The notes under the pieces: model-generated
Told to the model about the DNA's origin: nothing
Seen by the model: only the letters and a program-made list of their open reading frames with translations
The model's database searches: none
Shown here: positions 13,460 to 26,250 of the stretch, piece by piece
Position numbering within the stretch: position 1 is the first letter of the stretch
Layout: every line of letters starts with the position of its first letter
NCBI GenBank assembly: GCA_048013815.1
Contig: CM106585.1
Span: 17,298,001 to 17,362,000 of the forward strand
Direction: 5' to 3'
Source: Setoptus koraiensis
Taxonomy: Eukaryota > Animalia > Arthropoda
DNA length: 64,000 nt
Translations under genes and position numbers: made by a program

Positions 13460-16400
13460 ATGACAAGCGAGGAATCACTAGACGATGAGGCCGATCTACC
13501 TAATTTGCTGAGCGCCGTAGACGATCGCACCGCCCAAGAGCTAAGGCTAACAAAGAATTTGTGGAAATTGAATTATCATGAGGCTTCTATATTCATTGAG
13601 GAAGGGCTGAACAACGACAAATTTGAGAATCATCCAAAGAATAGACGGACATCGTCGCAAAGAACCTCGCCACCCTATTACACTGATTTGATCCAAGACA
13701 ATCGCATAAGTAGCATGAGTAATCGGTCGCCAAAGACCGGGTTAGATAAATTGGAGATGATGCAGCAAACTAAAATAACTTTTGAAGATGACGATCGCGG
13801 CAATAACCATAGAACTGTTAGCAACGACGAACAAGATTTAAATGAGTTGATACCTCTATCACCGAAAATAAGTTTGAGCAAGCCAATGATTGAATCTGTG
13901 ATGGCCGTCGAGCCGTTATTATCTAATGTGCAACGTCACAAGACCAATCCGTTCGCTAGGCACAAGGTAAATTGAAATCGGTTGTTGTTGGTATGGTTGC
14001 GATCGTTAGACTCTATCTAAACTGTCAATATCATCTCATTTAACCTCTTCTTCTATCTGTTATCACATTATCAATATACGGGCTTTATTTTTATACATAA
14101 ATATACATAGTTATTGGGAGGCCAATACACCACCATTGAGACGTATATTCTGGTCCACAATAAGTACTTTTATCAACTGGATTTGTTGGCAAGCATAGTG
14201 TTGCTACTATTGGCATTGGTTGAGCCTCCTGCTGTGGCCGGATACAATTTGGCACCTAGCATCCATGCCTCAATAGAGATGTTTGCTTTGGCCATTGTAG
14301 GTATAGAGTTGTTGTTGAAGTTTCGTTGGATGGGCCCGAGGCAATTCTTCCGTCATGGCCGGACAGTAACAAAATTAATAGTTCTATTAACCATGATTAC
14401 AGAGGCCGTAGTGATTTTTATGCGCTACTCTACTCATGCCCGTTACTCTAGGGCACTGCGGCCAATCTTTTTGATAGACAATCATTATTGTCACGGCATT
14501 AGGAGGGCCATTAGGCAGATATTTCAATCATTACCACCGATACTGGACATGTTTACATTGATGATGTTCTTCATGTTTATATTCTCAATATTTGGCTTCT
14601 ATCTGTTAGCCAATGACGGACCCTATTTCTCCAATATGGCCTCAACAGTGGGCAATCTGTTAGTGCTAGTGACAACAGCCAATTTGCCCGACATTATGAT
14701 GCCTTCCTATGGCAAATCACGTTGGTCATCATTATTCTTTGTACTATTTCTAATAGTTCATTTATATCTATTGACCAATTTAACAATGGCTGCCGTTTAT
14801 GAGAGTTTCACGCGCAAAGAAAAAGAGAAATTCCACAAGTTGCTGTTACACAGACGAAAAGCTTGCCAGCAAGCGTTCAAATTGTTGGTGTCACGACGTG
14901 TACAGCATCGTATTCAATTCAAGCAATTCATGGGCCTAATGCGTTTCCTAAATCCACAATGTACCAGTTTCGATGCATTTCTGGTGTTTAAAGCTTTGGA
15001 TACGGACAAAAGTGGCCAGTTGTCATTACAAGAATTTTATCAAATATACGACTTCATCGATTTGAAATGGCGCTTGAAATATCCTCACATAAACTGGTAC
15101 GACAATAGTCAGTGTATACCTCAGTTTGTCAAGCAACAACTAGACAATGTTAGACACGTTGTGGAGCACAGTTACTTCGCATGGGCCACCAATTCTATAA
15201 TTGCCATCTCGGCTTTGTTACAATTTGTTGAGGCATCAACACTGGCCGGTGTGTCAACAAGTCAAGAATTACAAGACGGTGGCAGCAACAACAGCCTGAT
15301 TGTTGGTCAGCAGACCAACAGCAGTACAAACGATTTGACAGCAGCGCCCACAACTAAGTTCATCCAGCAGGTGGAAATAACGCCCGATTTCGTGTCCACG
15401 TCAGTGTTCATAGGTATATATTCGGCGGAAATTACATTGAGGGCTTTCGCTCTAGGATATCAGGAGTATTGGCGTAACTACTGGAACAGGTTTGATGCGG
15501 TGGTACTGACGATATCCATTGTGGGTCTATTCACGGGTTATGTCGGCCATCATTTGGGTTGGCTCATCGTGTTGCGAGTGGTGCGATTAATGAGATTGTT
15601 TGAATTTAAGCGACGCTACAAGGACATTTGGCAAACACTAACTTATATACTGATGAAACGGTTTGTTAGTATGACTTGTGTCATTATGATAATGTACTAC
15701 TTTTTTGGCATCATAGGCATGGAATTGTTTTCGCAATACGATCTACGAAATTGCTGTAAGAACACCTCGCTAGAGAGCCAATTTAAGTATGAGGTGGGCC
15801 CACATCAAACCAGCGATTACCCCAGCTATTATTTGAATGATTTTGGCGATGTTGTGGCCAGCTATCTGACATTGTTCAGTATGAGTAGCTCCACTTATTG
15901 GCTGGTGACCATGAATGCCTACGCTATAGTTGTTGGAACGAATTTGGTGCGAATATATTTTGCCATTTATTATTTGTGTAGCATAATAGTGACAAATATA
16001 GTGATAGCATTTATATTGGAATCATTTTTGTTTAGGATTCATTATAGAAGAAAATTGGGCGAGGCCTGCGACGATGCCAATCTATTCACCGTGGACGTGT
16101 ATTTAAGCAAGCAAGAGATGGAATATGCAAACAGGACATTGGATAGGAAAAATGAGAGCTTGAATTATGTAAAGAGAAGCTTCACAATGACACAACAACA
16201 ACAAGCAACAACCAAGGTCTCTCTCATGGACAATCAACACTACGAGGGATACCAGCAAAATCATGAACATTTACTAGGCAAAGAGCAACGACATGATAAA
16301 TTAGAAACAATCAAGCAAAAACAACAACAACAATTTGGCATCATTACTACCAACGACAAACAGCAACATGACAGCAACTACAAAAGTCCACCATCTTTGA

Positions 16401-16870
16401 CCTCGTCCCCGCCAAGCCAGCAACAGCAGCAACTGAACGGCAGTTACGCGTCGACATCGACACTAACAAACCGTTCAATTGATTCAACATCGGCGGGCTC
16501 GTCAGTGTATGCCGCCGCCAACACCACCAGCTCTATAACATCATCGGCGAATTTTACCACTAGTAGTCAACCAAAACAACAACTAAAGCAACAACAGTAT
16601 GCGCTCAAAACTAATGTTTGCCGACTCATAAGGGATGGTGAAAAATTACGCCAAGCCAGCGATCCGAATGGCTCAGTGCTTATGTATCAGGCCGAACAAA
16701 CGCGAAACAAATTCTCATTCACGATGAAAATGTACGCCGACGAAGTTAAAGAGTGGCTCCAGGAGGCCGACAGGGCCGATCGCGAGGAATTGGCCAGACA
16801 GCGTCTGTTGAACATGACAGACATACATTCTCATTTCACCGCCAGGAGGACCTACTCATGCTCGTATTGA
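13460..16870 (+). CDS. TPCN1: Two-pore channel TPC1
   Basis: Exons 13460-13966 and 14111-16870. Motifs WKLNYHEASIFIEEGLNNDKF, RALRPIFLID, GIRRAIRQIFQSLPP, TTANLPDIMMP, EF-hand-like DTDKSGQLS, RFVSMTCVIMIMYYFFGIIGMELF and MKMYADEVKEW. Confidence 0.93.
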
Positions 16871-19800
16871 GCTGGTAACAAATGCAAACAGTTGTGGCAC
16901 CTCAACTGTTTACAACATGCAGGTATGTCACCTCTATGTTATAAACAGGTGGCTTAACTTGAAAACGAAAAAGAAACAAATTAAACTAGCATGTTGTCAG
17001 GATTGGCATGACATAATGCGTGTGATGATCATAAAATAAATAAATGTACATTGTCAAAGACACTTACGCAACTTAGCGTCAACAGTAGTATAAGTGGTGG
17101 CAGTTTTAGCTTAGCAAATTCAGTTGCTCACTTGTTCGGTATATCGGTCTATCCTCATCCGCTACCATGTCAACGAGTAAACTAACAATGATGATGATGA
17201 CTAATAATGACTGACGACTAACCACTAATGCAAACAATGACACAAAAGCAATATGTGGCAATGGCCGCCAGCTTATGCAGCGGCGCCTCAACTACTGTAA
17301 TGCGTAATAATAAAGTCAATCGGTTTAAGGTTGCCCAACCTTAGTTTGTCATCTTTGTCGCTATGGCTTAATGGCGATAGAATAACGCATGCAGATTATA
17401 CCGTACAGAAAATTTTGTCCGCCAGTGTATGAACGAGATATAATTAGAGGCAAGCTTGCTGTTCCACTTACAGGTGATGCCGGCGATTGGTCTAGTTCAA
17501 ATGTACAAGCTAGCTTGTCTATTTATATCGGCTTTACACTGCTGCTCGAGTTCAATTTCTTCCCACAGGCTCGCGATGGCAGCCAGATTGGAGCCGAAAA
17601 CAACATGATGATTTATTTCCTCATTGCCACCACCTGATCCCATGCATCTATCTCTCTATTTTTGTTGCCACTCGCATCTTTTCCTCAAACAGCACGTCTC
17701 CCAAGTGGCAGGCAACAAGACGCGAAGACGCCCTCGCCCGCCTCAAGCGGACACAGTTATATTGTTGCAAATTTGAATGTTTTGCGAGTTTCCGACGTCT
17801 ATGGTGATCGTCGTCATTGTCGACGTGTATCTCATCACTCTATTACTCAATCAATCACTCAGCTTCGAATGCATTAACTCGTTTGTGTGCCAGACGTAAT
17901 CAAACCAACATGATAGCGACTATTTATAACCCGGCCGTGACAGCAGGCAATTTTCTCTACGACTATCCGATATTTTTGCAATGCACCACTAACAGCACCA
18001 ATTACAATGTCAATAACGACAGTATGCTAATATATACTACTTAAAAGATCATTCTAGATCTTTCGAGACAGTTGATGCCGTCGTTGCGACAATGATAAGA
18101 CGAGATTAATATTCAATTGGTCAGTCGTCTCATTTTCAGTGTCGCTGCAATGACGATGAGACGACTTTGGCGCATCGTACATTGTTGTCTCGATGAATTG
18201 GGCGTGTGCAACCAACTTTTCCATTTGAGACTGGAGCTATCATTTCTAGCCTGACACTTGTTGATCAAGCAAACTTGACTATTAGACAGTTTTTATGCCA
18301 AAAACAGGGTGAATCCATCATGTGTTTTTATCTAATGGAAAAACAGCTCTAAATATGAACAGATAAGATCACAATAATAGAGGGACAGACAGAGCTCGGA
18401 TGAACGAAAAAAAAAGTAATCAACTCGTGGAGACAATTTCACGATGTCTTACTCAGATAGCAATCGCTTGGATTGTCGTGAGGAGGCGCCGGTACACAAT
18501 GATAACACAGACTAGCGTTATCCTTGATATCCGGTCCTCTGACTAGCAAATCAGTTCTAGCTGAAAATAATTCCATCTGTCATTCAGTCCGACAAGAGAA
18601 CGTGTCGACGAATGTGTCGACATGTCAACAGGTTAGCATGACCCCGGGTTTTATTGCATTCTCAATAAGTGGACTAGCTAACGGGGCAAACAGTATCGCC
18701 AGAGACATTTAGCTCGCCGACGAACAGATCAATAACTATACGATGATTGATTAGTAGGCGCGCGTGAGCTTGCAACTGGCTATCAGTTGCTGCCATTTGA
18801 AACAAAATATTGAGTTTTTCTATTGTCTGCGTGAACCTGATAGCTTGACGGTTTAGCATTCAGATCAACAACGCAGCAGATGATCCTTGAGTAGATGACA
18901 ACTAGCGCTCATCATTTTTTGAGCAAAATGCTATTTTATAACAACAATTGCGATTGTAATAGAGTGTGTGTGCCGATCTCTATCTTACATCATGTACCAT
19001 CGTGATCTCAACATTTACTGCTAATTATCAACTAATCATAATGTTGATTAAGATGAGCATGTACACGAATATGTCAACAAGTGAACTGTTTATCATTATC
19101 ATGATAGCTATTAGTCACAGTCACTGTTTCTTATTTACATTTGATCCAATCATTAATTCTCACTGATGTACTAATGATTATTATTAGTAATTTACTAATG
19201 ATTCATTGGCCCTTGTGACTCGCGATTGACATTGTGAGTGAAAAAAAAACTTTTGGCTCTCAAATTCACCAACTTTAGTTGTAAACTTTTGTTGTTGTTG
19301 TTGTGGTTGTTTTTGTTGAGACCGGAACTATTGTGGAACACAGGGCGTAAATGTATCAACTTCGACGATCATCAGATCTGAAATGAATTGGCTAATGAAT
19401 TGATTGCAATTGTGGATGCTAATTTCCTTTGAAACACAATCTTTATTCAACAACAATACCAAAAGGGGATGACGTATCTAAACGACCAAAAACAACAACA
19501 ACAACAAGTAACCATACTCCATACTATGGAGTTTATAGCAAGACTAACACTTTCTATTAGACTGATTCGGCTAGCTGCCGGCAGATGATGGTGTTGTCGT
19601 AGTTGTCGGCGATGATGGTGCTGGAGAGTTCAACCCGAGGCCAACAACTGTATTAATTTATTTATTTTTAATGTACGTCGCACCACTGTGTACTAGTGTG
19701 CTAGCATGCGAGTATACATATTAGATGCTTAGAGTGTATGCTGGAGCTGTATCAAACTGACTGGCGATACTGGCGAGCTAGCTAAAACTAAAACTAGACT

Positions 19801-20843
19801 GGATGTGTATTAATTATGATCAAAATTGCAACAACAGTGAAACAGTCTGATTTGTGAGTTCATGCCCAATAAGTGGTTTTTAAAATGATGCAGTTCCACT
19901 GTGACAGAGGTAGTAGAAGTAGTAGTAGTAGTAGTAGTAGCTGACGAAATGGAGATGATTTTGATTTTTGCGAAACTTCAACTCATTCAGTTGCAGTTTA
20001 TATACGAGATGATGATACAAACAAAAATATGCAGCCAACGAAACAAATTTTAACTGTGCGCTTGTGCATGCTAATCGGCCCTTTACTTACCTAACAAGTT
20101 TTGCAGACTGGAGCCTTGACAGGACTTTCCTGCCTTATATAATATAAATGTATAACGTAATAACACTCTTTAGAGGAACAACTAGAGCAACAGCAACACT
20201 ACCAGCAACAATAATGGGAGTTGCTATCGAACGGGTCGCTGCGTCGTTGCGTAATTCGATCACAGGCCAACAAGTGCAAGTGTATCGTTATCTAGATATG
20301 ACGGTGGATGAACCGTTAGTTTGGTTGCGTCGCATCGGCTTGGCGCTGCTCAGGAATGCCCAATTATGTTTGTTATGTAATAGTCGCCGGTTGTGTTTGT
20401 TCCCTGTTGGCGCCACTGTGGTCGCACTAACTGTTAGTGCGACTAACAGCGGACACAGCATTCACTGACAGGAAAAATGGGTTTTATTTGCGCGCCAAAA
20501 CATGCTCTTCCGGTGCCGGCCATCACTGGCTGACCACAAGGCGACATTGGGACGGCATTTTCCCCGACTGCACCGTACTTTGGGCAATAACAAGTCTTGT
20601 TGTTGTTGATGCTGCAATGTTACCACCGGACAAGTGAGTTGTTGGCCTAACAAGTTGGTCAAAGTTGGCAAAAGTCGCATCATCTTGCCTTCTGATCCCT
20701 TGAATGATGCACATTTTACACGATACATGCGCACACAAATTTGGTTAAAAGTATGACGCTGACCCAGAATCTCTGGCGGCCAGCACAAATCTCTGCTGCT
20801 GCTGCCCCATCAGTGGTGCCACCATCATCAACAATGCCCTGCA

Positions 20844-20846
<3 letters not shown>

Positions 20847-20895
<49 letters not shown>

Positions 20896-20916
20896 TGAGT
20901 GAGTGAGTGTGTGTGT
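20847..20916. repeat. (GT)n microsatellite with GAGT interruptions
   Basis: Directly visible dinucleotide run. Confidence 0.95.
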
Positions 20917-21191
20917 GCGTTGTGTGGGGAAATCACGAAAGGCGCACACGCACACACATACCTTTGCCGTGTCGACATCATTCCGTTTACACACACACGC
21001 ACACACACACTAGTTCGGCGCTTTGGCTGTGGCATTATCACAGCGGTAGCGGCAGCTGGAGCAAACGCGCATTCTATGTTTTAGCATTGTGAGTGTGTGT
21101 GTGTACTAGCGAAGAATGTACCAGTGTGTGTGTGTGTGTGTGTCTTCAACAAGTTACCACTCTTTGTGCGTTCTCTCTCTCACATACACAT

Positions 21192-21267
<76 letters not shown>
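21192..21267. repeat. (CA)n microsatellite
   Basis: Directly visible dinucleotide run. Confidence 0.95.
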
Positions 21268-21268
<1 letters not shown>

Positions 21269-22430
21269 GCATGAATGGGCAATGCGCAGACAGACGCACA
21301 AGAGTCTTGTGTGCAGGCGTAGATTTGATTCGATGATGATCGAATGGGAAACTCTGTTCGATCCGGCAGCGTCAGTTCGATTCTGTTCCATTCCATTCGT
21401 TTGTTCTCCAGCACTATAGGTTCTGTTATGGTGCACATGAGTGAGCGGCAGCAGTAGCGTTGGCCACTCACAGCGCACACACCGGATCGATTGTGTGTGT
21501 GTGTGTGTGTGTTGTGCGATCCAAGAAAGTGTGTGTTGTTCGCTGTAGCACCATTATATTATAGTACGTTGGTTGTGCATTGCAACAGCGCACACCACAT
21601 TCGACAACTGTGTGGTGCGACTCGCCTAATACTCGCCATCAGCGGCAACAGCAACAACAGCGGCAGCGGCAGCAACAACAGCGGCAACAACAGCAACACA
21701 CTAGAATCGACCTTTCCCCACCACACTCGCTCGCTACCACTGTGCTGTTGTACTACCACTGCACCACTGCACCATTGCACCACTGCACCACACAGTGGTA
21801 CTGCTTATACCAGCAACACTGTGCACAGTGTAAACCATGACTGTGTAAGTTCGCTCCACGTCCACCAATTTATTTTTTGCTATTGCCACCATCACCATAC
21901 TTTCGGTTCAGCCAATACTCTTCATTTGAAAGCGAGCGAGTGTGTGAGTGTGATTCAGAATAAGACAGAGACAGACTGCATCATGTTTGTATTATTATCA
22001 TCTCGTTCTTGCTATAACAAGTGGTGACAAAAGCTATTATTCTGATAACAATTACTAACTTCATTATTCATTTATCGTCATCATCATCGCCATCGCCACT
22101 AACAGTCACATCAAGACACAACCAACAGGCGAACAAACAGACAAACGGACGCACACACACACACACACTGGCAACGTACCAAGTGATTGGTGGATTAATT
22201 ATTAATTGCGCTACATAATCAAACAATTGAACCAATATCTAATTAATTTAATCAACAATTATATTCAGAGCGTCAATATATTTAGAGCGAACACATTATT
22301 ACATTTAGACGCGTGACAAATACGAATTTCACACGTTATAGGCAGTGGACAATAAAAAAAAACGATAATAACACAGCCACATACAGAGGCAACAACAAGT
22401 GTTTGAGCGAAGAACGCAAGAGAACGAAGC

Positions 22431-23746
22431 ATGGATATATTTGGTTCTTTGCGTTCGGTGTTGAAGATCGACGCTGTTTGCGTAGACAACAACGTCTTTC
22501 GGTTACATTACAAAGCAACAGTTTTATTTTTACTCGGCTGCTCCGTGCTAGTGACCAGCAGACAGTATTTCGGAGACCCCATAGACTGTATACAACGCGA
22601 CGACATACCTGCCAATATAATAGACACCTACTGCTGGATACACGCCACCTTCACACTGCCAAGAGCCTACAACAAGACAGTCGGAGTCGAGGTAATTATT
22701 AACCACCTAATCCATCCATCGTTACACTTTGGCCTCAGACCAGCTGCCGAACGTTTCACTAACCACCCTCACTATCGTTTTCTATCACATATATCATCTC
22801 GTTACAACATTTCCATCAACAACAACACTAACAGGTACCCCATCCCGGCGTTGACAAATTCAGCCCCGGCGAGGAACGCGTCTACCACAAATACTACCAA
22901 TGGGTCTGTTTTGTATTATTCTTTCAGGCGGTTATGTTCTACATACCACGATACTTGTGGAAAATGTGGGAAGGCCAAAAACTCAGAAATTTGGTCCTCA
23001 ATTTGAGCAATCCCATTCTCAGCGACAAGGCGCGCGACGAGGAGATACATCTTGTTGTTGAATATTTAAAAAGGAACATCGGCCACCATAACACCTACAT
23101 GTATTATTTCACCTTCTGCGAGGCACTCAACTTTTTCAATGTTTGCTTTCAAATGTACCTAGTAGACGCTTTCTTGGGTGGCAGCTTCTCAACATATGGA
23201 CTAGACGTACTCAAATACTCCGAAATGGACCAGGATGATAGAAATGATCCCATGATCAGAATATTTCCGCGCATGACCAAATGCACCTTCCATAGATATG
23301 GTTCATCGGGTGACGTTCAAAGGCACGATGCCCTGTGCATATTACCATTGAATATTATCAATGAAAAAATCTACATCTTCTTATGGTTCTGGTTTGTATT
23401 CCTTGCCATACTCAGCGGAGGTCTACTAATTTACAGAATGTGCGTCTTAGGCATGGAAAAGGTACGATACAGGGTGTTGATACAACGCGCAAGACTGACA
23501 GATAAAGAGGATCTAGAAATCGTGCTGGGCGAAGGAGATGTTGGTGATTGGTTCTTATTGTATATGTTGTGCAAGAATATGGATCCATTACATTATAGGG
23601 AGCTAGTATCGAAGTATGCCAATCCGTGTGACGATAGTAAATTAAGCGAGGAGGACGATGAAAAGAAACAACTTCTGGCCCCCGGTGATCACGAGGCTTA
23701 TCCAATGGCTCCAACTTTAGGTGCCTCAGAGAAGGCCAATGCCTAA
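22431..23746 (+). CDS. inx2: Innexin-2-like gap junction protein
   Basis: Exons 22431-22691 and 22835-23746 (143-nt intron). Motifs DNNVFRLHYK, QYFGDPIDC, YCWIH, YYQWV, FPRMTKCTFHRYG and LNIINEKIY. Confidence 0.95.
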
Positions 23747-24734
23747 ATTTAACCTTATTGTCAAGTTAATTAAGAACAACACCAACACAACCACTGAGTG
23801 TATATATTTATATATATATCTAGAAAGAAAATTAGAGCTCACCATCCACAATCCAGCTGAACTATATGTATTGATATAGATATATGCATATATAATATTT
23901 TTATTTATGTATCTATATATCTATATACATATGCAACAACAAAGAACCACAGATGAATTACATATATGAATTATATTTTTGCACAAAACAAGTATATCTA
24001 TATACAAGCATATAACTATTTAGTATAAACTAGTTCGGTTCATTCATATTTGATGAACTCACTACAACAATGAATTGAATACACGCTTTTTGCCTCACTA
24101 CCAAACTAATTATCACTATGTAATAATGATCGAATATTACTCATATCTCTCCACATATCCATAGCGCTATCCCTTAATCCGGGATTTGTCCAAACTGTGA
24201 AACTTTTATGTTTCACACCAATATGCCGCGATCATGTTTACCTATGTTGCTGATTTCGTTACTCACACAGACATTATTTTATTATCTCATAATGTTATGT
24301 ACTCATCTACTATTATGTAATGTAATAAATGATATGCTTCACAAAAGATTTCTCTATATGCTTGCCATATACTACCTCTATGATTTCTGACAGCTTATAA
24401 GGTGCCTCATCGTTAGAAAAACAAGTTTTCCAATAAATAAATGTGCAAAGAGAACTTCGCAGTTAGTCTTTATTCAAGCAAAAAACTGGGCTTAATTACT
24501 CTTCCGAACTAGCACTCGATTCATACCTAGACTATATCCCATTTTTTCATAGAATGAAAATAAGGAACGGTAGCAAGTCCCGTCCCAACCACACATAGAT
24601 ACTAACTCCAAACAAATGTTTTGAACAAACTCTATATCGATTCTAATCTTATTAACTTGTTGAACAAGCGGAAGCACCAACAAGTATCAATTAGCTGTCG
24701 AACCAATCTCGCCGATTTTCGATCAAATCATATC

Positions 24735-26250
24735 ATGTTTTATTTAAATAGAATAACTTGTGTGTCGTTATTAACAGCTTTGTATTTGTGGACAACCCTA
24801 ACAGAGTTCACAAATCTGTCTGTGACCTCCTATAGCGGCCCGAAAGTGAACCGCAGTTACACAAATAGAGCAATATTTAGTGATACGAAACAACAAAGAA
24901 CAAATCTAAGTGATGATATTACTAGAGACTACCGCCACGCTAGTCGAATTAAAGTAGCCTCACCCTCTGATTATGACGATCAATCCAATCTAAAATGTGG
25001 CCTCTCTATTGCCACCATGAATACGCGAATAGTGGGCGGAAGGTCCGCATCTGCTGCAGAGTATCCGTGAGTAGTATGATGACTATAAACACGAAACTAA
25101 ACATCAAACAAGATCCTGTCCATTCAATAAATAGTAACAGTAATCATTATCAATCAAACAAATTTTAGGTGGTTGGTATCATTGCAGTTAGAGAGAAAAT
25201 ACTGGTTTGGATTCAAGGCTTATTACCATTCGTGTGGTGGTTCTTTAATTAGCCCTTCTTGGATTGTAACAGCTGCTCATTGTGTGAAGTAAGTGGTCTA
25301 TAATTAAGTTTGATCGTACAACAGTGTCTGTAGCAAAACTATTTAAATGAAATTTATCAACTAACAAATTTAATATTATTGTCAACTAATTATAAAATAC
25401 CCCAGGGACAGAGATGAGAAACGTCGAGTGGTGGCGGGAGCAGACGATCTCAATCTTCTGTATAGATCGCAATTTAGAACTGTGGTCAAGCAGGTGATCA
25501 ATCCAAATTACGATAGCATCTTATCCTATAATGATATAGCATTGTTGAAAGTGAACAGACCGTTTGAGATGACATCGACAATTAGTCACATTGGTACAAT
25601 TTGTATCGAGAAAGATATCCAAGTGCCACCCTACGATATTGTGACAGTGGCAGGATTTGGTGCACCTGCCTTTGGAGCTGTGTCGAATCTTCGCTTGTAT
25701 AGCACCGACATAGCAGTCATAGACCCATTGACGTGCAATAGGTCCTTCGATTATACAATATCACCAAATATGATTTGTGCCGGTGGAATGATACCCCATG
25801 GTAGAGATGCGTGCACAGTAAGTGATTTTTTCTATCATTTCTGATTTCGTCGTATCTCTCTCTTTGCCAAACTATCTAGCAAGACAGATGTCCGAACCAA
25901 AGTTACTTATATCTTCCATCAACTACAACTTTTATCTGTGATAATCGTGATGAACGTAGGGCGATAGTGGCGGGCCACTGCAGAAGATAGATAATGGACA
26001 TGCCACTTTGGTTGGAGTGGTCAGGTGAGTGTTGAGACTTGCTTGTTGGTTACGAAGTTTTTGTATGAAGCAAAAAAAACAATTATCATTCTTTATTCTT
26101 TTTCTACGCATCAATTCAATTTGTTGTTTTTGTAATAGTTTTGGGAACGAATGTGCGACTGGCGGATTTCCAGGAATCTACACAGCGGTCAGCCATTATT
26201 ACGACTGGATTGTACAAAATATTGATGAGAAATTGTACCCCTCATCTTAG
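24735..26250 (+). CDS. Secreted trypsin-like S1 serine protease
   Basis: Five phase-compatible exons: 24735-25066, 25169-25288, 25406-25817, 25960-26024, 26139-26250. RIVGG activation site, TAAHC, NDIAL, GRDAC (Asp S1 pocket) and GDSGGP. Confidence 0.92.

Noticed and set aside
18445-18560. Ly6/three-finger-like exon (LCYHC...DC) on the minus strand
   Set aside because: No downstream exons supply the remaining cysteines.
20716-21840. Many ORFs with HT/CV repeats
   Set aside because: Translations of (CA)n/(GT)n microsatellites.
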